Assembly: GCF_009914755.1 (NCBI RefSeq)
Contig: NC_060931.1
Length of the DNA: 64,000 bases
Strand: one strand, 5' to 3'
Source: the human T2T-CHM13v2.0 reference genome, Homo sapiens
The position numbers and the translations under genes were made by a program. Under the pieces are notes generated by a model. That model did no database searches, was not told where the DNA came from, and was given only the letters and a program-made list of their open reading frames with translations. Below are positions 14,419 through 30,235 of this stretch, one piece after another (the stretch's first letter is position 1; every line of letters starts with the position of its first letter).

Positions 14419-17400
14419 CAAACCAAAGTTTAAAAGAAAAAAAAACTCAGAATAGACCAAGCTTGCTAAGAAGAACAGCAAAAATCTCTACACCTAGACG
14501 TATTATTTTCAAACTGCAGAAAACAAAATACAGAAAAAGAGAAAATCTTGAAAGAAACCAGAAAGTTAGAGAAGCAAACACCTTAGCTATAGGAGAAAAA
14601 AGATAAGAACTAGAATAAAATTATCCTCTGAAACCATTCAACCAGGAGGTGAATGAAATGAAATATTTGAAGCATTGAAAGAAAATAAAGCCACCAACAT
14701 AAAAATTATATATCCACTGAAATAATCCTTCAAATGTGAAGAAGAAACATCCTATTAGCTTCAAGATATAAAGAGATTAAAAGGCATCACTCCTGCCCTC
14801 AAATAAGGAAAGAGCTGAGCGAACTGAAAATCAATGACTTCTCAGATCCATCAGAAATCGAGGTCATAAGACAAACTGCCACTCCAAAGTCTGGAGAGAC
14901 AGATGAACACAGAGAAGTATAGTGAAGATCTGCTTCCAGCAGTGAAGAAAAATATGCTAAAACCAATAAGTGATAGGAAAAAAGAATGATAATTGTGATG
15001 AATTATTGACAACTGAATGTGGATTAGCTTGAGGTAAAAACTCTCTGAGGGCCTAGACTGAGGCCCCACATTTTCATGAGTTTTACCAAATGTAGTTCTC
15101 ACAGCCTTACTCAATGAAGAATAGACAAAAATCCACTTGTGTTTTGGGCAGGAAGGGGAGAAAAAACATTCTGAAATACACTCAGAGCATTCTCAATAAC
15201 AGAAACCTCTGTAGAGAAACTATTTTACCAGAACCTTATCTGAGCTGGAAGAACATCAATTAGGCAATTCCAATATCTTCTAGTATTGTATCTCACAGAA
15301 GTGGAGAAAAATTAAAAAAAAAAAAAACTATAGTAAAATAAAACCTCTGTCACTTGCAGTTAGAGCAGACATTCAACTCAGACCAACTCCTAGTCTGATG
15401 TACAGAAAGTATCACATTCAAAACCTGATGACCTGACACATTGTGTCAGGCTTTCAACACACACTGAAAGCTGAAAGGCAAGAAAACACAGGCTGGAAAG
15501 ACAAGCAAGCATCAGAACCAGCATCAGGTATGGAAGAGACTTTGGAAATATTAGACCAGGAATTTAAAATAACTTAGAATAATATATTAAGGAGTCTAAT
15601 AGAAAAAGTCATCAATACACAAGAACATATGGGTAACACGTGCATACAGATGGAAAATTTAAGAAACAAACAAAAGAAAATGCCAGATAACAAAAACACT
15701 GTAGCACAGAAAAAGACTTTCTGTAATGGACTCGTTCTTAGACTGGACACAGCTGAGGAAATATCACTGAGTCTGAACATATGTAATAGAAACTTCCCAA
15801 ATTGAAATACAGAAACCAAAAAAATTAAAAATATACCAGAATACCCCAAACTGAGGGATCATTACAAAAGCTATAAATGCATATAATAGGAATAGTAGAA
15901 AAAGAATAAAGAAACAAAAGGAATATTTGAATTAATAATGACTGAGAATTTTTAAAAATAAATGACATACAATAAACCACAGATCCAGGAGGCACAGAGA
16001 AAACCATGCAGGGTGAAAAACCAGAAAGTCTTCATCTAGGCATATCATAGTCAAACTGCATGAAACAAAGGACAAAGAGAAAGTCTTGAAGGAAGTCACA
16101 TGGGGAGAATGGGGCAGTTCCTCCATAGAAGAACAGGAATAAGAGTTATATATGACTTCCCATCTGAAACCACACAAGTCAGAAGAAAGTGAAGTGAAAT
16201 ACTAAAAATTGTTGAATGAGAAAAGAAAAAAACACAAAAAACCCAAGACGCCAATTTAGAATTCTGTACTCTGTTATTATCCTTCAAAAGTGAAGAAGAA
16301 ATAAAAACTTTCTCAGAAAAGTAAAAATTCAGGGAAAGTGTTGTCAGTAGACATGCCTATCTCTCACCGCATCTCTCCAACATTGTACTCGAAGTCTCAG
16401 TGCATGCAATAAGACAAACAGAGGGCATGAAAGTTATGCTAATTAGAAAGAAAAAAACTTGTCTTTGTTCTCAGATGATATAATTATGGTTATAATTATA
16501 ATCATCTATCCAGAAAATCCCAAAGAATTCACAAAAAAATTGCTAGAACTTATAAGTGATTATAGCAAGGTCATAAGATGCAAGGTTAATATGCAAAAGT
16601 TAATTGCTTTCAAATATAATAACAATGAATAATTGACATTTGAAATTAAAAGTATCATTTAATATAGCTCCAAAATTTAAATACCTATAATTAAATTAAT
16701 AAAAATTTGTGTAGAATCCCTATGTATAAAACTACAATACTCTGATGAAAGAAAACAAAGAAATTCAGTTATGTGAGGGATACTGTTTGCTCATTGACAA
16801 GAACGCTAAATATTATTAAGATGTCAACTCCTCTCAAGTTGATATATAGATTCTACGACTTCCCACTCAGTATCTCAGCCAGTTGTTTTGCGGATATTGA
16901 CACACTAATTGTTAAATTTATATGGGAAGTCACAAGACTCAGATTTGCCAATACAATACTGAAGAAGAACAAAGTTGAAAGACTGTCACTACCCTAATTC
17001 AAGATAAATTATAAAGCTACTGTAATTGAGTCATGTGGTATTGGTGAAAAATAGATACATAAATAAATATAACAGAGTACATAATACAAAAATGAAACCA
17101 CACAAACCCAGTGAAGCAATCTTTGAAAAGGGAGGGAAGGTAATTTAATAGAAAAAATAATAGTCTTTTCAAAAAACAGTGTTGAAACAGCTGGATCTGT
17201 ATATCCAAAATAATATAATCAGACGCAAACCTTACACAACCTTACATCAAAATTAACTCAAAAAAGACCATAGACCTAAATATATAATGCAAAACTGTAA
17301 ATCTTGTAGGAGAAAAAGTAAGGAAAAACATTCTATGTGACTTTGAACTGGGTGGGAGTTCTTAACAGCATAATCCAAAAAGAAAAATGTAATAATAATA

Positions 17401-17455
17401 ATATAGACTACATTAAAATTAAAAACTTCTGCTCTGTGAAAATATTTAACTGTAT
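14419..17455 (+). mobile_element. Ancient L1M fragments (5' region, ORF1 and ORF2 remnants)
   Basis: Degenerate ORF1 and ORF2 (ORF 16773-16997: KLIYRF...LIVKFIWE...NTILKKNKVERLSLP). Confidence 0.75.
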
Positions 17456-17830
17456 GCATTAACATACGCATTTTGTGCTATGGGCACTTAGGAAATACTT
17501 GGTGTCATGAGCCCACCATTACTGGGCTCATCAAAAACTGAAAATAATTTCATCACCCTAAAACTACCATCATTCACTCATTCAATACTTCTCTGCCGTA
17601 GTCTCTGGAAACCACTGATCTTATTGTCTCTATAATTTTTATTTTTTCAGAATACCATATAATTGGTGTATGGTACATAGGCTTTTCAGATTTTTTTTCA
17701 CTTAATAATGTGCATTTACCATTCATCTACTAATTTTCATGACTTGATAGCTCATTACTTTTTATTGGTGAATAATATTCCATCATATATTTGTAAGAAA
17801 ATTGTTTATCCATTTCTCTCTCTCTCTCTC

Positions 17831-18126
17831 TTTTTTTTTTTTTTAAGACAGTGTCTTGTTCTGTCACCCAGGCTGGAGTGCAGTGGTGCAATCTTGGCTC
17901 ACTGCAACCTCCACCTCTAGGGTTCAAGCAATTCTCATGCCTCAACTTCCTGAGGAGCTGGGCTTACAGACACGTGCCAGCATGCCTGGCTAATTTTTGT
18001 ATTTTTTGTAGAGAGGGAGTTTTGCCATGCTGGCCAGGCTGGTCTCGAACTCTTAGCCTCAAGTGATCTGCCCATCTCGGCCTCCCAAAGTGCTGGGATT
18101 ACAGGCGTGAGCCACCGCACCAGGCC
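17831..18126 (-). mobile_element. AluS/J-like within a minus-strand L1M 3' fragment (about 17460-18690)
   Basis: Reverse-complement Alu preceded by (CT)n and poly-T. Confidence 0.92.
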
Positions 18127-18969
18127 CATTCATCTCTTGAAGACTATCTTGATTGCTTCGAAGTTTTGGCAATTATAAATAAAGCTACTGTAAAAATTCA
18201 TATACAGGCTTGGGTGTGGAAATAGGTTTTGAAATCAGTTGGGTAAATATATAGGAGTTCAACTGCTGGATAACATGGTAAGACTGTGTTTAATGTTTTT
18301 AGAAACTCTCTGCCTTCCAAAGTGACTGTCCCATTCTGCATTTCCACCAGAAAAGAATTAGAGTTCCTATTGCCCTGAATTCTCCACAGCAGTTGGTAGT
18401 GTCAGTTGTTTTTTTTTAGATTGTAGGCATTATAATAGATTGTAGGGGTTTCTCATTATGGTTTTATTTTGCCATTCCCTAATGACAAGTCATTTTAAGT
18501 TTCATCTTTATATTCATTCAGTCTATTTATAATTTTTCTTCATTATGTAATTGGGCTGTTTGATTTTAATTGTTAATATTTAAGACTTCTTGCATATTTT
18601 GATACAAACCCTTTCTCAAATGTGTGATTTGAAAATATTTTCTCCTTGTTTTTGCTTGCTTTTTGATTCTCTTAATATTTTCTGGAAAAACATCTCATAC
18701 GAGCACAGAAAGAAAAAAAAAACAAATAAAATCACCCTTTCTTCATTCGTAAGCTTAAATATAACTGCACTGAAAAATTTCCTCTTTCTATAAAACAAAA
18801 ATAATCTGATAAACTCATTCAAAATAAGAAATAAAAAAATGAATTTCAACTTGTTACTCTGCAAAGGTAAATTTGCATTTCAGCAGTGTCTAAAACATAT
18901 TACAAATATTATTATTAAGAAAAAAAATCCAATACAGAGTTGTTCCACTGAAAGAGAGCCTTCTTAGAA

Positions 18970-19231
<262 letters not shown>

Positions 19232-19710
19232 TTATGCATTGAATTAATTTACATCAAACAAATGCATATTTTACTTTCATTCTACCTACAGGTGTCCACA
19301 CATCATCATGTAAGATAAAGGCATGGAAAATGAATAATAAAGAGGTCTTATTCACAGTGAAAAAGATATAGCTAGGTAACGTTAAAAGGATGTAGAAACT
19401 GATGGCTCTCATGACACCTGAATAGTAGTACTCCTGACAAATTATGCAGGTCAAGATATTGCAGAGAAGACAAAAGCACCAAAGAAAGAAAAATCACTTT
19501 TCAGTATGGAAATTCATGAAGGTTCACATTGCCCTATTATCAAAATCTAATAGTAAACCAGCAGAAAAATGAAGATGGCCAACTACGAATAGACAAGCAG
19601 TAGGAAGAAGACACAGAGTTCTTAGGGAAAATTCATTGAGAGGTCTACCTGTGGCTATTATGGATTAATTAGCTGTGGGAAAATATTTCTGCTAAGACAT
19701 AAACATAATG

Positions 19711-19711
<1 letters not shown>

Positions 19712-19772
<61 letters not shown>
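19712..19772. repeat. Compound (TA)n(CA)n microsatellite
   Basis: Read directly from the sequence. Confidence 0.97.
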
Positions 19773-20651
19773 TAGAAGGCAGTGGGGACCAGTTTGCTTT
19801 TGGAGCCTTGAGGGACCAAGATCTTTGAGACCTGGGGAGAGATGAGGCTATATTTTGTAGCCATTTTCCCTGAGTATATTTTCTAATTCTGAGCCTATAA
19901 ATCCAGGCAAAACATATAGCTAGAGGATCATCTTTCTGAAACAAAGAAACCAACTAAAATTTTGGCAGTCTAGGAGGCTTCACAGACAAATTTAGTGATT
20001 TTGGAAGAGAAGGACAGAGAAATCAGTCCAATCCTCAGTTGCTACTTGCCAAAATTTAAAACTGGATGGCATAGGATGATAAAAAGCAAAGCAGAAAAAT
20101 CTAAAGAACACTGGAATTTATAGCAGTCTTGTGGTACTGGGGAAACAAATATCAGAGTTTGGGAGGTCCAGCAGTGGGGTTAAGGACTGGAAGCACCCCA
20201 TGATCTCAGTTGGAAAATTGAGGAAACCGCACAATAGCAGGAGAGGAGGCACAGGTGAAAAAAAAAAAAAAAGACAAAAAACAAACAAAAAAAACCTTTT
20301 ACCAGAATTGCAGCACAACCTTAAATTAGTTCTATCTAGCCTAATCTTTCTACCAGGCAGAGGACAAGTAAAACATCTTTGGGGAAAGATGAGAGCTTTT
20401 TCAATTTGTAAACAATGTCTATCACTGTACAAATTGTACACAAGGGACATGACATTGTGAAAATTGTGGTTTAGCATGAGCAAAAGTCAGGATCTGGCTT
20501 GAGATACTGTAGCTATGTGGAGAATTAGCCAAGCAAAGGAAGAGAGTGTCCTGAGGGAGGTAGGAATAATTTTATTGTAAAATGTTTCTAAATAGTTAAG
20601 CAGCTGTTAAATGAGTGCAAGTTAATAAAGAAGCCACAGAACTATATATAA

Positions 20652-21560
<909 letters not shown>

Positions 21561-21786
21561 GACTGTGTTTTTGGAAGGCTGGATTCAGTAGCAATGAAGA
21601 GGCTGTGGGTAAGGTATGTAAGGCTGAGTAACACTCTGGAGAATTGAGTGGCCTGTGGCCCAAAGTGCAGCTGGTCCCCACATAATTTTAATTCAATGGC
21701 AACCACACTAAACCTATTTTTATCAAAATGGCTCAGAATCTCCATTTGCATGTTGTCCAGAAAGATAGACCCTGTGCTTTGAATAC

Positions 21787-22093
21787 ATAGTCAATGTTTA
21801 ATGACAGGAATATGTTCTAGGAAATATATCATTAAGCAATTTCATCATTGTGTGAACACCATGGAGTGTACTTATATAACCATAAGATGCGAGAGTGTGC
21901 TACACACCTAGGCTGTATCCTACAACCTATTGCTCCCAGGGTACAAACTAGTACAGCAATTGTAACACAATGCGAAGTAGTTGTGTGTCTAAACATACCT
22001 AATCATAGAAAAGGTACAGTAAAAGTATGTATCATAATCTTATGGGATCATCATCATGTATGTGACAAAATGTTGTCAGGCAGCACATGACTG
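21787..22093 (+). mobile_element. Tigger3a-like MITE
   Basis: Motifs tacacacctaggctg, ctattgctcccaggg and aaaggtacagtaaaa; ends gcacatgactg followed by TA. Confidence 0.8.
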
Positions 22094-22435
22094 TAATTGC
22101 TAGCAGGACATTTAAATTTAAATGGTCACCAGGTGATGGGTTCAAAGAATAAAACATGTAGAAGAAGGGAGAAGACAAAGGGAGTGAACAGAATGTCAGT
22201 CTATGGCTCATTCTAACATTTGGGTGGAGGATCTCTTTAGCTAAGAACACTTGGGCTTTACAGTTTGTTAAGAATAGAGAGCTTGAGGATCATGGCTGCA
22301 GAGCGTGTTTTGAACCACAAATAAGGAAAGCAATCTCACTAGAAGAGTAATGGCAGATATGAGATTGTCATTAGTTAAAGATCAAATTAGTAATGAAAAG
22401 GGATATACAGGGAGAGTTTAGAATTGTGGGGGCAG

Positions 22436-22795
<360 letters not shown>

Positions 22796-25713
22796 TTAAG
22801 AAAATATGTTTTCTCAACATGAAAAGAAGGGAAAATATTTTTAGACAAAAAATATAAAGTAGAATGATATGGTACATTATTCCAGAGGTGGAAGAGGATT
22901 AAATCAAAAGCAAATTGCACTGCTATAGCAATGATTAAAGATTTTCCATTTCTACCAATGAGAAAGAGGGAAAAATGCATGGGGGATAAAAAGGAAATGG
23001 ATAAAAGAAGAAAGAAAAAGATAAATGTGACAGAAATAAAAGAAGTGAGATATTCTGTAAAACAATCCAGAAATTTCAAGGTGGCTGTCAGTTACGTTCA
23101 GAACATTTATTTTTGAAAATATGTTTGTAACAATCTACTAGGCATCTTATCATATGTTAAGCAGTGTGACTGGCTTGGAGAAAAAAGTTATTAAATGGAT
23201 ACTAGTCTTGGCTCTCAAGTTGCTTAAAGCACATTCGACAGAAATGTAACAGACGTATGTTCAAGGTGGTTTTGCCACAAAAGGGCTGGTGTTATAGGGA
23301 GCTACCCTTAAACTAGCTTGGGGAAGGAGTCCAAAGAAGGTGAGTCTTAAAATGTGTTCAGAAGAGAGAGAAATGAAGAAAAGGGCAAATAAAATTCTAG
23401 GCAGAGGGTAGGCAGAGGCAAGGAAGTATGAGAAAGCAAGGATAAGTTGAGACATTGAAGAAGTTAAAAAAAAAAGACTAGAATCCATGTGTGTCTAAAA
23501 AATGTAAGCTGGGAAGATAAGCTGAAGCCAGATAATGGCACTGGAGTGTGATATGATGGATTTTGTTTTTATTTTAGAAACATCATACAGATGGTAGATT
23601 GCAGAATGTCATTTATCTCCAGAATGACAAAGGAACCAGAGCCTTCACCCAAGAGTGGAGTGTGGAAGTAGGTTGGGGATATGAAGGCAATGGAAAATAT
23701 TTTGAACAGCTGCTAAAAGAAGAGTTATAATGAGTCAATCAGAGATGAGGAAAATCATTCCTAAGCATCTCTAAGACCCTGGCCAAAGTTGCTTAGCACG
23801 AAATTGTGGTGAAGCTAGTCATCACAATTATGGCAACAACAGCTTAGGCTGAGCAGCAAAATAATAAGAAAGATAAAATGTTGTTGAATAATTGTGAGTG
23901 AGATATGTCTCATTGTCCTTTGTGGACAAAGAACAATGAGAGACATAAACTCAGGGCACAATTAAATTGGTAAACCTCTAACTCTATTATGGGTATGGGT
24001 GCAAAAATAAAACCTTGAGTGGACTCAGAACACAGGAGAGAAGAGAAGATGATCTGATGGGATAACTGTATAAGAAGTGCAGAATGAAATAAAAGGGAGA
24101 GAGATATGAAAGAATATATATCAGCCAGTTAAGAGAATCATAGAGTTCAAAAAACTCAGAGGTGGATTAATTCCTGGTAATAATAAGGCTTAGGGTGTAA
24201 GTCACTGACAGTCAATTAAGTATGCTGGAGTTGAAGGTCAAAAGAAATGAGTCAGAAAAGTTGGATAATTAAACTCAGAATGGGGGAGATAACTCAACAG
24301 TGCAATTATTGATTAGAACACCAGAGTGATGTCACCTATCACAAGACCCCATTGACAAACGTTTTTTCTTTCCTTTTTAAAATGAGAGGCTACTTGAAAA
24401 AGTGTTTAATGGATCGAAATTTGACTCAGTAAGAAAGTAATATGGCAGAACTTGGGGATAATTTTTGACTTTTGAGTTTTGGTAAGTTGGAGACATTGTA
24501 GATTTAGTATGAAGTTTATTCTTTACATTTTCTGCAGAGAAATTGTTAAAAGTGTGAATGAAAGTAAAAGAAAGGCCTCCCCTCATTTTTCCCATTTGTG
24601 TTTTTTCTATTATATTAAATATCATTGGAATTATTTATAAGCTTTAAGCTTAAGAAGCATCACCCATAGATTGTTGTCTGTTCAAAACTGAAATCTCATT
24701 TTCTGATGTGGACCAATCAATGCTTGTGGAATAAATGAATTAGTCTTAGAATTAAACTTAAGTAATATGGAATTAAATCTCTATTATTTTCTTTTCCAAC
24801 CTTGTGTTCATTGACAAATTGTTTATATTATTTTCAGTTTTGACTCTTTACATATAATATTGATTATATAATAACTAAACATAAGGCTATATTGGGAAGA
24901 TAGTAAAATAAAATATTAAAATGCCTCGTAATTATAATTATTAAATAAGCTCACCTGAATTTAACACTTCTTTTGTTGTGATGTATAGTGTTAAGTAAGC
25001 TGTTTAGAGATAAGTAAGATCTGATATTTTTAATGTGATAGGTTTCTCTTCCACACCAGTAATTGGTGATGCAAATCCTTTTCCAGTTTTAATCATAACC
25101 AATCTCTTTTTTGTTCATTGCCTTTAAAAAAGAAATACAATTTTCAAGTAGTCAGAGTACAAATTGTAAGCATGTATCTCTTAAAATTTTTACATATATT
25201 TCTAGGACCATCACTGAGATTATAATATAGAACATTTTTATCTCCCCAGAAAAGTTTGCCCTGTGCTTTTCTAGCCAACGGCACCTCAGCCAGAATAGTA
25301 TAACCCTGTAGTTACTTTTAATGCCTTTGAGATCCATCCCAGTTGTTAAATTTATCAGTAGTTTGTTCTGTTAAAATTGTTCTTTAGTATTGCATTGTAC
25401 AAATAACAGACCTTTAGGTATTCTATTGTTGATGGATATCTCAGTAGTTTCCCACAGTATTTGTTGTAAGAATGCGCTTTCACCAGTCATTTTGTAAACA
25501 TATTTACAAAGTAAGTAGAAAATATTTTAAACACAATGGTAATGAAATTAAGACTTGCTAAAAATTGAGTGTTCCATCTAAACTATGCCGAGAGTTAATT
25601 TATAGCCTTAAATGCAAATGTAAAAAAAATCAAAGCCTAGAAGTAAATAAATATCTACCCAAAGAAACAAAAATCAACAATCAGGGCATTAAATCTACAA
25701 GAAGTAGTATTAA

Positions 25714-25880
25714 TAGGGTTGCCAAATAAAATACAGGCTATTCTGGTCCAATTGAATTTCAGATAAACATATATATTAGTGTAAGCAAGTGTCAAATATT
25801 GGAAAGGAATATACTGATACTAAAAAAAAAAATGGCATACCTGAATTCATATTTACCTGTGCATCCTGTTCTCTTTTGTT
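25714..25880. mobile_element. MER53-like palindromic hAT MITE
   Basis: agggttgccaaataaaatacagg...ttgaatttcagataaac, with a degenerate inverted second arm. Confidence 0.65.
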
Positions 25881-26619
25881 CCCCTGTCTTACATTCCTAA
25901 GTGGAAAGCTGGTCACTATGTGAGAATATTATTATTAAGAATAATGATAATGAAATGAGAAACAAGTCTATAATAAAGGCATCAATAAAGATAAAAATTT
26001 GTTCTTTGAAAACACTAATAATATTTTTAACACCTGAGAATATCAGAGACAGCACACACAAAAGTACACAATATAAGACATAAAAAACAGAACATCACTA
26101 TAGATATTAATGACATAGAAATTAGAAGAGAATACTATGGTCTACTTTATGCCCATAAATTCAAAATCTTAGATAAAATACCAAATTGCTAGAAAAAATT
26201 ATAATAAGAAACAAAAAATATAAATGAAAAATTTGTATTTCTTTTTAACATAAAACATTAAAACTCAAACCATAATTAAATAACATTACTCAAAATGTAA
26301 AGCACAGATGAATCTTATGAAATATTTAAAACAGAAATAACACAAATCTTAGGCAAACCCTTTCATAAACTAGAAAAAAAAGACATTCTAACTTATTTTC
26401 TGACGAAAAAGAGAACTTGATACTAAAATCAGACATGAATACAAGAAAGACTATTTCTATTTCTGGCTCTTTTATGGACTTGGATAAAAACATAAAAAAA
26501 AGCAAACAGAATCAATATATCAATGAAAAGAATACTGCATTATAATCAAGTTCATTTGGCTTTAGGGATTTAGTTTAGCCACAGGATATTAGTGTAACAA
26601 AACAAAGGGAAACAGGTGA

Positions 26620-26920
<301 letters not shown>

Positions 26921-28404
26921 ACAAGTGATACAATTATCTCAATAGGTGTTAATAAAACTGTCTGCACAACTAGAATGGTAGAAAGAAATATTTAATATAC
27001 AAAAAAATAAGAGTAAACACTTTATGTTAAAAATTTCAATATATTTCTGTTGAGAGCAAAATAATGTTCCCTACAATTATTGGATGGCCTGAAAAATATA
27101 ATAAGGCACAAAAAGGAGCACAACAGGATTGAAAATGAAACAATGGTATCCTATTACACAGAACATATATTTACCTATTGACAAAATAATCCGTACATAA
27201 ATTTTAGACAAGTGACTTCATCCAATGTGCTTCCTGATGGGATTGGATAAAAACTACATAATATCACTTCATTTTTAGATTTTCCAAATATTTTTCAGCT
27301 GCATCTAATCACAGACAAATCTAGAACATAGGGCATTCTACAGATAAACATGTCTGCATACTTTTTCAATGTCAGGAAAAAGGAAAAAAAAAGCAGTTGG
27401 AGTAACCCATTTTAGACTTTTAAAAAAGCATAAAAATCATGGAAACCCAATGAAACGAATGAACCAATATTGAGTGTTGGCTAAAAAAAAAACAGTCCTA
27501 AAACATTTTTGGAACACATGAAGCTATATTAGGCGATGTAATTAATACTAACACACTTAGGTGTAAAAGTCATCACGTGGCTAAGTAGGAGGAGATACTT
27601 GTTCTTAACAGCTTTTTGAGAATTCCTTCTAAACAATTTTGGCAAAAATAATTCTATCTTTCTACCTGTCTACTCAGAGAGCAGATATAGCAAAATATTA
27701 CCTATTGATAACTTAGGAGAATTGAGCTTTTTTCCAACTTTTCTAAACATAATGTTTTAAGAACTCTTAGGAATGTTTATGTGATCATAACAAAAATAAT
27801 AACAAAACATAAGGCTATATTGGGAAGATAGTAAAATATTAAAATAATTAAATGTTAAATATTAAATAATATTAATTAAAATATGATCACATAAAAATTC
27901 TTTATGATTGTTATAGGGCATTTATACCATAATGTTATCAAACATATGTGACCTTTTTTTTTCTGTGTCCTCTATTGACACAACTACCATATTAGTAGAT
28001 TGACAAAAATCTATCAAGAGTTTTGTGAATAATTTAAACTAGCTCAAAAGATTTAAAATATTAGGGCCAATTTCCCAAAAGAAAAAAATATATATAACAT
28101 ATATTACATGTAAAATATATAAGATGATATATAATAAAATATATATAATGTTTATTATACACATATCAATTTATGTATATCAGGTTTATACATAAAAATC
28201 ACATTTATATCTATATAGAAGTACAAAACAATACAAAACAATATCTTAAACGATACCATTTGTAATAGTTTCAGAAACATCTTTCAAGGAACAGATATAT
28301 AAAACATGGACAAGATTCCACTCAAAAAGCTATAAAAATATATTGATAGAAACTAAATTGAACCTAATATACATATCAAATTTCATTGATTAAAAGGTTC
28401 AGTA

Positions 28405-29870
28405 TTACACACCATACCAAAGCGGATATACAGATGGAAAATAAGCGTAGGAAAAGATGTTTCACATCACATCATATGGCATCAGGGATGTGGAAATTAA
28501 AGTAAAAATGAGATACCACTATGCGCCTATTAGAAAGGCAAAATCCAGAACACTGACTGCACCAAGTTCTCATGAGGATGTGGAGCAACAGAAACTTTCA
28601 TTCAGTGCAGGTGGGAATACAAAATGGCATGACCACTTTAGAAGACAATTTGGAAGTTTCTTACAAAACTAATGTTAATAAAAGACCATGAGGTTTGCAG
28701 AGGAAAAATAAAGAAGTGTTTTATTTTCTAATAATAATAATAAATCTGCTGATCAGAGAGATGCAGTCTCCAAAGTAAAACAAAAGTGCACTCTGGAGAT
28801 AAAGAGGGTGTCTGGCTTAAATAGGGAAAGTTCCTGCCCCAGCTCTCAATCAGGTCTGTATATGCAAATGAATAACTCAAATTCATTCAGTCCTGATTGG
28901 TTTGGAATTTTCCAACCTGAAACCAGAAGTCTGTTGGATGCCTTTCAGGAGGCTACTGGGAGGAGTTTTCTGCCATGTTATCTCAGCTCCAGACATAGGG
29001 TTACAGGAACCGTCTTAGCTCAGAGGTGCAAACAGGTTATTCCTCTGGAGCTGCTCACTCCTGAGAATAATGGAAAAAATTAACTCACTGGCCACAGTGA
29101 GTAATCACCCTTTGCTCACTCACTACAGCCAGTGTGTTCATTTTACTTCACACTAAACATATTCTTACCATGCAATCCAGCAATCACACTCCTTGGCATC
29201 TACCCAAAGGAGCTGCAAACATTTATCTACACATAAACCTACACAAGATGTTTACAGCAGCTTTATTCATAATTGCCAAATGCTGGAAGCAATCAAGACG
29301 TCCTTCAGTAGACAAATGGATAAATAAACTGCGGTACATTCAAATGATAAAACGTTCCTCAGCATTTTAAAATAAGTAAGCTATCAAGCCATGAAAAGAA
29401 ATGGGGGAAACTCAGATCCATGCTATTAAGTTAAAGAAGCAAATCTGAAAAGGATACATACTTTAAAATTCCAACTACATGACATTCTGGAAAAGGGAAA
29501 ACTATGGAGACAGTAAAACAATCAGTGCTTGCCAGGAGTTAAGGGAAGGGAGAGATGAGTAAGTGGAGCACAGAAGAGTTTCAGGGCAGTGAAGCTACTT
29601 TGTACAATACTTTAATGGTGGATATATCATTATAAGTTTGTCCAAATGTACAGAATGACTACAAGAGTGAAACCTGCGTAAACCATTGACTCTGCATGAT
29701 AATGATGTTCCCATGTGGATTCACATCAGTTGCAACAAATGTGCCCCTCTGGTGGGGGATGTTGACAACGGGGAAAGTGTGTATATGTGGGGTCAGGAGG
29801 TATATGGGCAATTTCTTTAACTTGTCACAATTTTGTTGTAAACCTAAAACTGCTCTTAAAAGTAAAATCT
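28405..29870 (+). mobile_element. L1MC-type 3' end, split by an LTR
   Basis: ORF2 C-terminal remnants (KMRYHYAPIR; MFTAALFIIAK) followed by a 3' UTR ending aaacctaaaactgctcttaaaag. Confidence 0.8.
28673..29152 (-). mobile_element. ERV1-class solo LTR (MER4/MER57 group, subfamily uncertain)
   Basis: TG...CA termini and a perfect 4-bp TSD ctaa (28669-28672 and 29153-29156) interrupting a colinear L1. Strand is tentative. Confidence 0.8.
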
Positions 29871-30235
29871 ATTAAGACTCAATATTGTAAAGATGTTTGT
29901 TCTCCCAAAATTGATTTGTACATACAATGTCATTCTAAGAAAAGTCCAGTACTCTCTTTGTATGTGTGGAAACTGGAAACCGATTCTAAAATCTATCCGG
30001 AAATCTAAAGGACTAAGAATAGTTAAGACATGCATGAAGAATAAAGACAGATTTAATCACTTGATAGTAAAACTTATTTTAAGCTGATAATTTAGTGTGC
30101 TGTTAATTCAAAAATAAACCAATAAAACCAAAGAAAGTCCAGAAATAAACGCCCCCATGTAAGTATTCCATTTAGAACAAATGTGAAAGTGTGGACCAGT
30201 GGTAACTAATGTGCTTTTCAATAAATTATGGCGGA

